A stretch of 64,000 nt of DNA from a virus. Its lineage: Duplodnaviria; Caudoviricetes. The position numbers were made by a program, and so were the translations under genes. The first letter of the stretch is position 1. Each line of letters begins with the position of its first letter. Location: positions 8,496 to 72,495 of IMG/VR virus record IMGVR_UViG_3300014968_000001, one strand, 5' to 3'. The notes under the pieces were generated by a model. That model saw only the letters and a list, made by a program, of their open reading frames with translations. It had not been told where the DNA came from and ran no database searches. Below, piece by piece: positions 1-10,800 of this stretch.

Positions 1-1
1 G

Positions 2-811
2 CGCGGCGATTTCCTTTTCCATTCGTTCGGATTCAATGACTGCTTCCTGTTGAGCTTTAATTTTTTGCTCAAGTTGAGCGGCTGATTCTTGCAGCATTTT
101 CTTGAGCGATTCAACCTTGGATGTCAGTGCCTTAACATCTTCGGACAAGTCGAAGGACTTTTGCTTCTGCGCCTCCACCGCCTGTTTCCGTTGCCGAACC
201 GAACTGTTCTTCTGCTTCGCCTCACCCAGTTGCAGGGCCAACTTGGAAATGTCCAACGGCTCTTTCGGCAGAGACGGATTGAACTGATGCGCGTTCAGTT
301 TTGCCTTGGCGGCTTCGAGTTCGCGGTTGCGGATGGTGCGTTCCTGATACATCTGCGCTTTTACGGCGTTGACTTCGGTGAAGTCGAGGCCGACCAGTTC
401 CGCCAGCAACTTGGTTTGCGGCTCTTTTTTCAGGCGCACGAAGGTCAGGGGGTCGAAACCGATTTCTCCGATAACGGCATCCAACAATGCCTGTGGAGAT
501 TTTTGCGGGACGCCATCGGCATTCCGGATTTCGAGGACGGTGCCGGACGGATTGAAGCGACGTTCGATAATGCAAACGTTGTTCAGTTCCTCGGACAATT
601 TGATGCGGACTTTTCCGGATTTTTGACCGTGCCGCAAAGGTTCCTCGCAGATTTCGCGTTCACCCATAAAAGCTGAGGCGATGGCGTCAAGGGTGGAGGT
701 CTTGCCGGAATCATTCTGCCCTGACAAAACCACAGTGTTGTCGGACGGAACGATTTGGAGGGCTTTGATGCGTTTGAAGTTTTCGACGTGGAGTTCGATG
801 ATGGTTGCCAT
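2..811 (-). CDS. SMC/Rad50(SbcC)-like ATPase, 3' end beyond the window edge (absent from ORF track)
   Basis: Manual translation from ATG at 811: MATIIELHVENFKRIKALQIVPSDNTVVLSGQNDSGKTSTLDAI (Walker A GQNDSGKT after the typical ENFK strand), then coiled coil; frame open to the edge. Confidence 0.85.
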   Translation of the reverse strand, partial: MATIIELHVENFKRIKALQIVPSDNTVVLSGQNDSGKTSTLDAIASAFMGEREICEEPLRHGQKSGKVRIKLSEELNNVCIIERRFNPSGTVLEIRNADGVPQKSPQALLDAVIGEIGFDPLTFVRLKKEPQTKLLAELVGLDFTEVNAVKAQMYQERTIRNRELEAAKAKLNAHQFNPSLPKEPLDISKLALQLGEAKQKNSSVRQRKQAVEAQKQKSFDLSEDVKALTSKVESLKKMLQESAAQLEQKIKAQQEAVIESERMEKEIAA

Positions 812-829
812 AATGAGTGATGAGTGGGG

Positions 830-1024
830 TTATTTGTTAGTGGTCAGATGATACCAGCCGCATTTGCATTTGTAGGCGCTCATGGATTTGCAGGACGGGT
901 CAAGGTGGCGACCAGTGGCCAAAATCTTTCCGGCTTCAATCAATGCGCCACGATGGCTTGGATAGCAAAACTTTTGAGACTTCGGACATAGTTTGTGCTT
1001 AGGCTTACCCATTTCAAGCGCCAT
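830..1024 (-). CDS. Small Cys/His-rich hypothetical protein
   Basis: 64-aa ORF in operon, ends YKCKCGWYHLT (possible Zn site). Confidence 0.6.
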   Translation of the reverse strand: MALEMGKPKHKLCPKSQKFCYPSHRGALIEAGKILATGRHLDPSCKSMSAYKCKCGWYHLTTNK

Positions 1025-1032
1025 TCAGAGAT

Positions 1033-2022
1033 TTATTTCCTGCCGCCTTTCACCCAACCTTCAACCGTGCGAATGAAGCCTTTGGGATTCTTGAGAATTT
1101 TACCGGCGTAAACCTGGTCGATCTCGGAAAGCCCTTTGCCTTTCGGCAGCATTCCTTTGAACACGCAATAGCCGATGCAATCCTTGTTTTCGGAGAATAT
1201 GAGTTCCAGTTCGTCCGCCACTTTCAATCGGGCCTGGGTGTCGTTTTCCGGTTGCGGCGCCGGTTCTTCAAACGGCAGTTCTTCGGGCGGTGCAGATGAA
1301 ACAGCCGCCGCTTCGTCACTTGCGGGTGCTTTTACGTCCGCTGGCGCAACCTTGGCGGGCTGCGATACTGGCGCAACGGGAGTGGCGGCTGTAGATTCTT
1401 TGGGCGGCTCAGGCACTACTTCCGCGTCGATTGACGTTTCTTTTTCGCCGGCGGTGAGACTCTTGTTGAAGTTCGCGGCGAGGTCTTGCGCGGTTTCAAT
1501 TTCGGACACGGCGGCGGATTGTTCCTTGCGTTCGTGCGGATCAATGTCGTCCAGAAGTCCGAGGCCGCAGATGGACAGGGTGACACGGCGTTTCGCTTTG
1601 GTTTCACTTTTCATGAGCGCAATGGCGGCGGCTTCACCTTTCACGTTTTCATTGAAAGCAACGGCGCCAATGGCTTCATCAGTCCTGCCGTGCTTATCGA
1701 CCGCCCTGCAATGAACCACCATGCAGCCATGCTCCAAAGAGCGGGCGGTGATGGTCAGTGATACTCCGTGGATTTTCCGCAACTGTTCCGCACACCCTTT
1801 GTTCGGGTAAAGGACGAGCTTTCCCTGGAACGTTAGCCAATCGAACGGCTTGGTCAACGGGTTGAGTCCGGTGAATTCGCAGACTGCTCCGTAGAACTTG
1901 AGGCGTTCGGGTTGCGTGAGCTTTGACAGGTCGCCCGCGAGCGCGAGTTCCATTGAGGAAGCGTCAGGGTTGGCGGGGACAACGGCGGTTTGTTTTTCAG
2001 TGGTTTGTAGGTCGGTTGACAT
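1033..2022 (-). CDS. Probable single-strand annealing protein (Red-beta/RecT-like)
   Basis: GDLSKLT..ERLKFYGAVCEFTGLNPLTKPF..LVLYPNK and ALMKSETKAKRRVTLSICGLG resemble Bet/RecT cores; disordered linker plus small C-terminal domain; next to a RecE-like nuclease. Confidence 0.65.
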   Translation of the reverse strand: MSTDLQTTEKQTAVVPANPDASSMELALAGDLSKLTQPERLKFYGAVCEFTGLNPLTKPFDWLTFQGKLVLYPNKGCAEQLRKIHGVSLTITARSLEHGCMVVHCRAVDKHGRTDEAIGAVAFNENVKGEAAAIALMKSETKAKRRVTLSICGLGLLDDIDPHERKEQSAAVSEIETAQDLAANFNKSLTAGEKETSIDAEVVPEPPKESTAATPVAPVSQPAKVAPADVKAPASDEAAAVSSAPPEELPFEEPAPQPENDTQARLKVADELELIFSENKDCIGYCVFKGMLPKGKGLSEIDQVYAGKILKNPKGFIRTVEGWVKGGRK

Positions 2023-2023
2023 A

Positions 2024-2413
2024 TTATTTTTTTCGTGATTGTTTCTTTAAATATTTTTCGACAAGTTTTGCGTGACCCACATTTGCGTCAGCGGCAAAAT
2101 TGTATCCTTCGCATTCAATTTCACTTCCCCCAATTTCAGGAAGTCCGCAATTGCAGCCTTCTGCTGAACAGGGCTTGCCAGCGAGGAAAACCATCGTTTC
2201 GTATTTCCTGCCGAAGCCAATATCTTCGCCGGGATAATTTTTGGCGAGCCATTCCATTTCCGCTTTTTCACTGCCGCCCGAATGACGGGGATGAACGTAT
2301 TCGCCGACGGTCGAAACAAGGAATTTTCCGACTTGTGTGCAAAGGTGAAACCGACACCAGCGGCCACAGATGAAATGACCGACTGATCCAAAATGAGCTA
2401 TTTTAATCTTCAT
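2024..2413 (-). CDS. Hypothetical phage protein
   Basis: 129-aa ORF tightly packed in the operon. Confidence 0.7.
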   Translation of the reverse strand: MKIKIAHFGSVGHFICGRWCRFHLCTQVGKFLVSTVGEYVHPRHSGGSEKAEMEWLAKNYPGEDIGFGRKYETMVFLAGKPCSAEGCNCGLPEIGGSEIECEGYNFAADANVGHAKLVEKYLKKQSRKK

Positions 2414-3275
2414 TGCGCCTATTGATTGCGTAATTCGGCATCCGAATCACATTGAGTTGGTCGGGGTATCCAGGCCATTTGCCGGTCTTCAAACATTCCG
2501 CGTAACGGTCAAGCATCTGGCGATACTTGGCATCGCCGGTCGCCTGAGATTCATCGTCCAGCATGTGTTCCTGCGCGTCAAATGGCGGTTCGGATTCAGC
2601 GCACAAAAAGACATGCGCGGGGCGTTCGCCCGTGATGGCAACCACGCCGGAGCGATAGCACGCGGCTTGGGCGTCGTAATGGAACGAGTCGATGTCCTTG
2701 GCGAACGACCAGTCGGAAGCGCACCGAGTCTTTTTGAGTTCAATTATGAGCGGACGTTTGAAGGGATCGAACATCGGGCAGTAACGATCCATCCGCCCTT
2801 TGCACAGCAGTCCCGTCACAGAATCTTTCCAGAGCATCGACACTTCGTTTTGCGCCGTGGCTGTCAGGAATGATTGCGCCGTTTTCCGTGAGCGAATCGA
2901 CTCCGCCATACCGCGCAGACTCTCGATTTCGGCGATGCTGTTGTCATCCTTGCCCGAGCGCAACAAGGCTTTTCCATTGGCAGCGATTTGCGCGTCGGCG
3001 ATGATTTTCTTGCCTTCACTGGTTCGTCCATCGGCAGGCGGACAGATGTGAAACATGCCATCGAATCGGGCCGGCTCAAGGGTGGCGACGTGCAGAGCCG
3101 AGCCGAGAATCATGGCGGGTGTGGCAACTTTGGGATGGTCCATTTCCCATTTGCACTTGGATGCCGTGTGATAGATGGCTTTGAGTTTCGAGAAGTTGAT
3201 GGCTGGCCATGCGGTGTAATCCTCGAAGGAGACGCCGTAATGGATGCCGGGGGCGGGGAGGGGGATGGGGTTCAT
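2403..3275 (-). CDS. RecE/exonuclease VIII-like PD-(D/E)XK nuclease (DUF3799-like)
   Basis: INFSKLK, MILGSALHVATLEP, CKGRMDR...IIELKKT, FHYDAQAACY motifs. Confidence 0.85.
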   Translation of the reverse strand: MNPIPLPAPGIHYGVSFEDYTAWPAINFSKLKAIYHTASKCKWEMDHPKVATPAMILGSALHVATLEPARFDGMFHICPPADGRTSEGKKIIADAQIAANGKALLRSGKDDNSIAEIESLRGMAESIRSRKTAQSFLTATAQNEVSMLWKDSVTGLLCKGRMDRYCPMFDPFKRPLIIELKKTRCASDWSFAKDIDSFHYDAQAACYRSGVVAITGERPAHVFLCAESEPPFDAQEHMLDDESQATGDAKYRQMLDRYAECLKTGKWPGYPDQLNVIRMPNYAINRRNED

Positions 3276-3279
3276 ACAA

Positions 3280-4935
3280 TTATTGAAACAGATCGGGATT
3301 TAGGGTTATCGGGCGACCGCGAGTGATGACTTCAAGGGTTCGTAAACGACCCAGGGAATTGTTAAAACCGCCGCTGGTAGGTGCGTAGCCGGTTGCTTCA
3401 CCCAACTCATCAGGGTTCATTCCGTTTGGGTAAACTTCCAACAGCTTGGAGATGATAGTCGCCTCACAACGTCCGCTGCGTTTAATCCATCGCTCCACCA
3501 ATTCCCTTCCTTCAGGCAGGGGGTCCCATTCACCCAAAGCAGCAGCACCTTCCGTTGTAATTTGAATGGGCTGTCCGCGCGTGATGTAACCGGCGGATCG
3601 AAGCTTCCCGAGTGAATTATTAAATCCACCAGATGACGCGGAATATTCAGAAAGCAGGGCAACTTGAATGGCGGTTCTCCCTTTTGGGTATTGCGCCAAC
3701 GCAGTCAGAATGGCCCGCTCGCAGCGCCCAAGGTCGCCGTTGCTTTGTGCAGTCGGCGTGAGTGTCCTCATTTTGGCCGGCGGGTTTTGAAACTGTCTTG
3801 GCAGTTGGGCGGGGTGGCGCGACCACGACGATAAAACTTTATCCATTATCGGCAGAAGCTTTTGCCCCCATTTGACGACATGTTCGTGCGCCTCTTTGAT
3901 GGTAAGAATAAGGGCACGATCCTCGTTCGTGAGAACCGAAACCTCGACAATCTCTTGAGTCACCTGCTTAACGGCTGGCAGCTTCACCGCCAGTTCTTTT
4001 TCCATCTCCCGAATCTTTTTCTTCAATTCGGCGGGATCGTTGGCTTTGGTTTCCTCTATGACAGCGGCCATTTTCTCTTTTACCTCGTCAAGATTTACGT
4101 CCGCCCAACCGGCGGTGACGATTTTCTTTTGCAATTGCGGCGGGGCGAACGAATCGAACGTGCCGAACATGGGAAAGGTAACTCGCTTCGGCCCGAAACC
4201 AATTTCTGGCGACCAGACATAAGCCTCGCCGCGCGCCATCCCCGCCAGGTTGTCCAGCACTTCCCGTCCTTGCGCCATATCGCCGCATCCGTCAATCCAC
4301 TCCTTAACAGCACCACGGTCAGCAGCATGGATAACCCGCATGGCGACCAGCGTTTCGCAGCAGGTCAAAGTGTCATTGTGAACTTTCTGCGGACGCTGGC
4401 TGGCGATTAAACAGACCAACCCGTAGCCACGTCCCTCACTCATTAGTCGGTTCGACCAGTGAAGGCATTTACCAGCCTCCGGGTCCATGATTTTGCCTTT
4501 CGGTGCAAAGTTATGGAATTCATCTCCGACCAGATAAAGCTCGCCGCTATTTGCGTTGAACAGCGTGGAAGCGAAGTCGATCCAGAATTTGACCATGTGC
4601 GAAGTAATCCAACCCCGAAAGCCGATGATGCACGGGCGGTTTCCGCTGGTGATTAATTCCGCAACGTGCTTACCGGACTGCGCGTTGATCGGCACATCCT
4701 GGGCTTTCGGTTCCTTGAAATCTCCAAACGCAATGACCGGATACCCTGCGGATTTTCCGTCGGCAGATGACTTCAGCCCCCACCAATCACCCTTGGGGTC
4801 AATGATACAAACTCGTTTTCCCTGATTGAGCAAATATTCGACGACGTGACGCATGGCGGAGGATTTTCCTGCGCCGGTCTTACCCAAAAAGGCCATGTGC
4901 TGCTTTAAAATCTCAACCGGAAATATTAGTTTCAT
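3280..4935 (-). CDS. HerA/FtsK-superfamily ATPase with two C-terminal winged-helix-like repeats
   Basis: Walker A GKTGAGKS, IIDPKGDW, Walker B LVGDEFH, SEGRGYG, SQRPQ; duplicated SGGFNNSLG(K/R)LR..ITRG. Start moved to ATG 4935. Confidence 0.85.
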   Translation of the reverse strand: MKLIFPVEILKQHMAFLGKTGAGKSSAMRHVVEYLLNQGKRVCIIDPKGDWWGLKSSADGKSAGYPVIAFGDFKEPKAQDVPINAQSGKHVAELITSGNRPCIIGFRGWITSHMVKFWIDFASTLFNANSGELYLVGDEFHNFAPKGKIMDPEAGKCLHWSNRLMSEGRGYGLVCLIASQRPQKVHNDTLTCCETLVAMRVIHAADRGAVKEWIDGCGDMAQGREVLDNLAGMARGEAYVWSPEIGFGPKRVTFPMFGTFDSFAPPQLQKKIVTAGWADVNLDEVKEKMAAVIEETKANDPAELKKKIREMEKELAVKLPAVKQVTQEIVEVSVLTNEDRALILTIKEAHEHVVKWGQKLLPIMDKVLSSWSRHPAQLPRQFQNPPAKMRTLTPTAQSNGDLGRCERAILTALAQYPKGRTAIQVALLSEYSASSGGFNNSLGKLRSAGYITRGQPIQITTEGAAALGEWDPLPEGRELVERWIKRSGRCEATIISKLLEVYPNGMNPDELGEATGYAPTSGGFNNSLGRLRTLEVITRGRPITLNPDLFQ

Positions 4936-4942
4936 AATGAGT

Positions 4943-5119
4943 TTAAGCCACCCGCCAGACGTTGAATCCGCCTTTAGGCAGAACCTTTTGGGTGGTGATG
5001 GTGATGCCCGCACGCTCCGCAGTTTTGTAAGCCATCAGGCGTTCTTCTTCATTTGGGATGAAGATGCGCTGGCCAATGGCCATTTTGGAGATGCGTCGGG
5101 TGATTGGTTTTGCTTTCAA
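4943..5119 (-). CDS. Small basic hypothetical protein (start uncertain: TTG 5119 or ATG 5083)
   Basis: First ORF after the leftward promoter candidate; the ORF-track start at 5137 overlaps that promoter. Confidence 0.55.
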   Translation of the reverse strand: MKAKPITRRISKMAIGQRIFIPNEEERLMAYKTAERAGITITTQKVLPKGGFNVWRVA

Positions 5120-5127
5120 CGGATGGC

Positions 5128-5169
5128 AAGATTCCAAAAATCTTGGGTCGTGTCAAACTTTATTTGACA
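5128..5169. promoter_or_regulatory. Back-to-back TTGACA (-35) elements at a divergent transcription switch
   Basis: TGTCAAA-CTTTA-TTTGACA palindrome at 5151-5169; leftward copy has AATCTT after a 17-nt spacer; gene orientation flips here. Confidence 0.5.
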
Positions 5170-5228
5170 AAAACTTTCAATCGGGATTTTTATTGCTAAA
5201 ACCACAAGGCAGGGTGTATTTATTGCAC

Positions 5229-5414
5229 ATGGCCGGTCCTTTAAAGCCGCAGCAATTGACAGCATCGCAGCAGGCGCAACTGTTTAAGACGGCTGTGTTC
5301 CCGCCGTATCCCGATTCTTTAAAAAAGAGATTCCCCGAAATGGCGGCTCACGAAGAAGCGGTTAAAGAATGGCTCGCAAAATTTGTTTTTAACATTCAGA
5401 ATTTGGGACAGTAA
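5229..5414 (+). CDS. Small hypothetical protein heading the ejection-protein operon
   Basis: MAGPLKPQQLTAS..., 61 aa, ATG 5229, stop 5 nt before the next gene. Confidence 0.65.
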   Translation: MAGPLKPQQLTASQQAQLFKTAVFPPYPDSLKKRFPEMAAHEEAVKEWLAKFVFNIQNLGQ

Positions 5415-5419
5415 AATTT

Positions 5420-6964
5420 ATGGCAGCACTAGCTCCAATCTATAATGCTTCCGGATTGATTTCGGGGTACCAAGGCCAAAAGCCCAAGATGCCACTGAGC
5501 TTGCAGCCGCGGTATTCCCCTTCGGGCCTGCTCACCGGTTATTCGCCCGGGACCGTGACCGGCGCGCCACCGGTTGCCCCTGAATATTCCGGCGGTTTAA
5601 CCACACCGGCAAACACAGCCAGCGGTAAACTTTTGAGCGGAGGGGCGAAAGGCGCTCAAACGCCAGGTCAAGCCGCCGCCGCCGATTTGCTGAATAACAG
5701 CGCCGTTGTGGCTCTCCCCAAAAATCCAGCGATTACCACCGCAACCGCGAATCTGTTGGGAGACAGCCAGCACGTTGCCGACGCGGCGACCAAGACTTTT
5801 GACGATTATTTGAATGAGGCGAAATCCACCACGGCGGGGATCAAGACTCAGGTGGCGACCGACACGGCGAACCTGAACGCCATTCCGGCAGCAACACAGG
5901 CTCGGATAGATGCCATCAATCAAAATTACTCGAACACCACGGGGAACATTGCCGATCAGTATGCGAACCTGAACCGTCAGAACGCGGCAACGGTGGCGGG
6001 TGACATTTCCAAGTTGGGCACGATAGACAGCAATTACGCGACGGCAGCGCAGGCGGTGGCCGACCGTGCGGTGCAATATGCTGGTGGTCAGATTTCCAAG
6101 TATCAAGGCGGGTCCGGGACGCCGACCAGTAATAGTTCGGATTTGGAGAACCGCTATCAGCAGGCGTACACGGACATCAATTTGCCGGTGCAAAAGGAGA
6201 TTTACGCCAATAACCGGGCTGACCTGCAAAACTATGTGACTCCGTTGCAACAGCAGTTGTATGGGGAGAACGTGGCCGCAGACGTGAATTACGGAACGAC
6301 ACGAGCGAATCAGATTGCCTCGATGCAGACGGGCAGTGCGGAGCAGATTGCGGCGTTGAAACAGGCGGTGGCCGGTCGCGGGGTGAATGAAGCGATGGCT
6401 TACATGCAGAGCATCGGCATCCCGATTTCGGTGGCGCAAAGCGTGTTGAGCGGTCCGACGAGCAACCTGGCGACGTTGACGGGCGTGGACAACAGCAACA
6501 CGAATTATGGGATCGCTAGCGCCTATTCGCCGGCAGTAACGAGCTTGCCGACCTATCCCGCACCACAACAGCGCCAGCCATCACCTCAATTGGGCGGGTA
6601 TGGGAATGGCCCGGTGACGACAGGAGCGCAACCGATGGGGGCAACGGCAGCGCCGAGTTACGCGGTGGACGCGAGCGGGCAGCCAATCACCAATGGAAAT
6701 GGTCAACCGATTGTTGCGGGCAGTCCGGAATTTTATCAGCAAGTGCAATATGGTAATCCGAACAGCCCGTCGTGGCAGAAATTTTCTCCGGGGAACGGGA
6801 TGAATCAGTATCAGGCGGCACTGGCCATGTATCAGGCTGGCTATTCACCGACTCCACCGAATCCGGCTGACTATGGATTGACTGGAACGGCGGCGACTAA
6901 TCCAGCCACATCAAACCAAGTGGCGGATGCGTATGCGTCCATGCCGGATGCAATTAATCCTTAA
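5420..6964 (+). CDS. Putative internal virion/ejection protein
   Basis: 514 aa, A/T/Q/N/G-rich with amphipathic helical segments; position before two further ejection-type genes. Confidence 0.6.
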   Translation: MAALAPIYNASGLISGYQGQKPKMPLSLQPRYSPSGLLTGYSPGTVTGAPPVAPEYSGGLTTPANTASGKLLSGGAKGAQTPGQAAAADLLNNSAVVALPKNPAITTATANLLGDSQHVADAATKTFDDYLNEAKSTTAGIKTQVATDTANLNAIPAATQARIDAINQNYSNTTGNIADQYANLNRQNAATVAGDISKLGTIDSNYATAAQAVADRAVQYAGGQISKYQGGSGTPTSNSSDLENRYQQAYTDINLPVQKEIYANNRADLQNYVTPLQQQLYGENVAADVNYGTTRANQIASMQTGSAEQIAALKQAVAGRGVNEAMAYMQSIGIPISVAQSVLSGPTSNLATLTGVDNSNTNYGIASAYSPAVTSLPTYPAPQQRQPSPQLGGYGNGPVTTGAQPMGATAAPSYAVDASGQPITNGNGQPIVAGSPEFYQQVQYGNPNSPSWQKFSPGNGMNQYQAALAMYQAGYSPTPPNPADYGLTGTAATNPATSNQVADAYASMPDAINP

Positions 6965-6966
6965 CT

Positions 6967-7890
6967 ATGGCATACATTTTTGCAGGAAATCTGGACAGTC
7001 TAGCGGCGCAAAGGAACCGGTATGACGACCTGAACCTGCGTGTCGCCGAGAACGCGCAATCGGCGTATCAGCGGGCGCAAGCCGACCAGACCGAAGCCGA
7101 CCGCTTTGGCATCCGTCAAAACGAGGAAGATCGTCGGCAACAGCAAGCGCAGCAATATCAATTTTTCCAAGCCAACCAAGCCGCGGCAGACCGGGCTCAG
7201 GAACGTGCGCAGCAACAATATCAGTTTGGCGCAACCGAAGCAGACCGGGCAGCAGCGCGCGGCGATGAGGCGTATCGGTTCAACGCGAATTTGCAGGCGA
7301 CCAAAGAGCAGAATGCCTTGGCTGTGACCCAAAAGAAAAACGCGGAAGATTACGCAGAAGCGCAGAATTTGGTGATGAGCGGAGCGTATGACGATAACCC
7401 GGAGAAAATCATCAAGGATTACCCGGGGCTGCAACCGCATCAATTGGCGACGCTGAACACGGTTTGGGACACGCGCAACAAAGGCGCATTGGCGAAGTTC
7501 ACGAATTTGCAGGGTGAAGCGGCATCCGAATCCGCCGTGGCGCCGACGGTTCAATCGAAGGCGTTGCCAGCATACGTGGCCGGTCTGGAAAAGCGCGGAC
7601 TGCGTTATCAGGCATCGCCACAGGGAACGAACGTCGTCGTGGGAGTGCCGCCACCGTATCAGCGCATATCGACCAACAGCGCGCCGCTAGGACCGCCCGG
7701 ACCAGCACCATCGCCGTATAATTTCACGGGTGCAGGAATACCGGACAAAAGCCGGGTGATAGCGCCGCCAGCGCCATCCGCCCAATCCGGTTTGGTTGTT
7801 GGCAAAACCTATAAAAATGCCAAGGGCGAAATCGCGCAATACCTGGGTGGAGACATCAGCGATCCCGCAAGTTGGCAGGCGGCACAATGA
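6967..7890 (+). CDS. Putative internal virion/ejection protein
   Basis: 307 aa, Q/A/R coiled coil, Pro-rich linker, small C-terminal domain; typical position for podovirus DNA-transfer proteins. Confidence 0.55.
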   Translation: MAYIFAGNLDSLAAQRNRYDDLNLRVAENAQSAYQRAQADQTEADRFGIRQNEEDRRQQQAQQYQFFQANQAAADRAQERAQQQYQFGATEADRAAARGDEAYRFNANLQATKEQNALAVTQKKNAEDYAEAQNLVMSGAYDDNPEKIIKDYPGLQPHQLATLNTVWDTRNKGALAKFTNLQGEAASESAVAPTVQSKALPAYVAGLEKRGLRYQASPQGTNVVVGVPPPYQRISTNSAPLGPPGPAPSPYNFTGAGIPDKSRVIAPPAPSAQSGLVVGKTYKNAKGEIAQYLGGDISDPASWQAAQ

Positions 7891-7893
7891 TAA

Positions 7894-10800
7894 ATGCCAT
7901 TTACCCCGCCCAATTCCATTGATGAACTGATTGCTGACGATTCTCCGCCGCCAGCAAAATATAATTTTACCCCGCCGCAATCCGCCGATGACGTGACGGA
8001 TATTTCAGCACCGCCGGATTCCAGTTTCAGACCGCCCGATGCCAGCAAAGGCATAAAAGAGGACAGCAAATTAGCACAGAGAGCCAAAGAGTTGGCCGAT
8101 GTACAGGAACAAAAATCGGAACCGACCACGCCGTTGGGGGCGGGGACAAAGGAATTTGTCCGGGGCATTCCCGCGTTCGCGCATCGTGGCGGGGCGGTAA
8201 CATTGGCGGCGATGTCGGACGCGGCGGCTAAAGCCTACAACTTCGTTAATCCCGACAATCCGTTGCCGGATACCAGCGTGAGTCAATTTTCACAGAATCC
8301 AACTGCACCATTACCCGCCGAGGAAGGCGCGGAAGAAATGCGAGGTATTGGACGGTTCGGTCAGAAAGCGTTGCAGGGCGCAATCAAGGTCGCGCCGGCG
8401 ATTGGCGCAAGCGCGGGGATTGGCGCGGTGGGCGTGGCCCCTGAGATTGCCGGTGCTATTCCATTTGCTTTTGATGCCAATGGAAAACCCGATCCCGTGA
8501 GCGCAGGGCTGATGCTGGCGTTGCCCGGTATTGGAAAATTGGGAGAGAAAGGCGTGGCGAAGTGGCTGGACAGCACGGCGGGTTACGATACTGCGGAGAA
8601 AATCGCTGGCGTAATCAAAGATGCCACGGGCAAACCGGTATCGAAAGACACAGTGGCGGCATGGCTTAAGGCGGGGGGGAATCAAGTCGCGGCAAACGCA
8701 GCTTTGATGGCGTCCCAAATTCCGGACATCGCCAAGTCCGAAAATCCGAAGCAGGCATTTTTAGACGCATTGGCGGGAAACCTTGCTCCGTCGTTACTGG
8801 CTTTCATGGGGCACGAGCAGGAGCCGGGAAGTCCTGATGCCCAAAAGACCGCCGCATTGAATTCCGGCAAGTGGGTAGTGCCAGGAACCGAGCGGCGATT
8901 GATTGGAACAGAAGAAAAACGCAACATTCAACCACCAACAGAAGGAGGGCCAAGTGCCAGTGGAATACGAGAAGATACGGGACAGCCTGCGGAAGCGGGG
9001 AAAACCATTGAAGGAAGCAAAACGGATAGCGGCAATGACGTGGAACAAACGCCATCCGGACAATCCGAATCCGTGGCGGAACGAAAAGAAGTCCCGCCGG
9101 AAACGCCGCAACCGCCTTCGGGAAATGTCCCACTGACACCAGCCGTTGACAGGGCTCAACGCCTCGAAGATTTGCGCAAGATTCCAAACCGAACCCCGGA
9201 ACAGGAGCAGGAATTTCAGGCGTTAGTAGCCGAATCCGGTTCGGTTCAACAGAAGATGGCGGCGGAGATTGCGAAGGTTAAAGCCAATGAAAAACCAACA
9301 CCCGCAGTTCCACCCCAAGAAACGCCGCCGCCAAAGCCGCCTGATACTCCTGCTGTTGCGCTGACTGAAATGCCGAGTTTGGCCCTGCATGTGGAGGGAG
9401 AAAAGACCGTTCGCCAGGTTAAGAACATGGAGGAAGCGGCGGCACTGGTTGACCAGTTGCGCGAGGCGTCAGACATGGGTAGCAGTGAATTTCCGCAGAT
9501 GACCATTGTTGACACCAAGACCGGAAAGCCCGTGGCACGGGTCAGTTACAATGGACGAATTTGGGGATTGGACGGGAAGGAAATTGAAAGGGCAGACAAC
9601 CGTGGATATGGCAAACCTGATGCGATTGACGTTTCAAAAGAGACGCCCAAACAGCCCATTTTTAAACCCGCAAAAATCGAACGCCCTTGGGACATCATCG
9701 ACGAAATCGAAAGCAAACACGGCACGATTTTAAACAAGAAATCCAGCAAGCCGGGGCACGAGGATTATTACAACACGGAAGGTTACACCCGCGCGGCGAG
9801 CGGTGCGGGCAAGCGGTTGTTCTCTGCAAAAGGCAGTGGGCCGGATAAAATATTGCAGGCGTTGATTGATTCAGGTGCGATGCACCCGGACGCGACCGTG
9901 GACGATTTATGGGAGGCGATTGACCGGGCCAGCAAAGCGCGGGGCGCACATTATCGCGGAGAATTGCCGGAGCAAAAGGCGAACAAATTCTACGCGGCGA
10001 TGGACAAGGCGTTGAAGGATAAAAAGTCGCAGAAATTGACTGTGGGCGAATTGCAGGTTGGCGACCAGTTCACTTTGGGTAAGGAAAAGTTCACAGTCAA
10101 ATTCATCGACCCCGATACAGGCGAAGTGACGGTTCAGGATGGCAAGAAGTTTGGGACGCAGACGATACCGGACGGGGCGGATATTGCCGTGGATGCTGGA
10201 AGCTATAAGGCGGCAAAGCCGGAGACAGCATCGGAAGACCCGTTTGCTGTGGAAAACACCAAGACACCACCAAAACTCCGTCCCGGCGAAAAAGTCGGTG
10301 AAATGTTTCAAGGCGGCGACCAGCCGTTCAATTTGTCCGGCGAAACCACCAAGGACATCGAGCGCATTCAGAAGGAGAAAGAGGCGGCAGAAAAAGCCGC
10401 AGCGGAAGCGAAAGCGTTGCAGGAAAAGCAGCAGTTGGGATTGCCGGGGACGGAGACTAAATCGACTGGCCCACAAAAATATCGTATCGGCAAAAACCCG
10501 TCCACCTACGAAATCGTCGAACGCTTGCCCGCCAGCGATGTTGAAAAAGAGAACGGCGAACAACCGGTCAAAATCAAGAACGACCGGACGGGCGAAGTCA
10601 GCACGGTTTTGGAACAGGATTTGACGGCGGTGCAGAGTCATGCGGGCGAGGAAAAGGCGGCGAAAGGACCATCGCTGGACGACCAGTTGAAGGCTTACGG
10701 CATGGACCCGGGCGGTTTCCAGAATGCCGCGCAGAAACGCGAGGCAATAAAGCGGGCGAAGGCGAAGGGGGATAAACCTAAATTCTCCGTTCAAGCCGAT

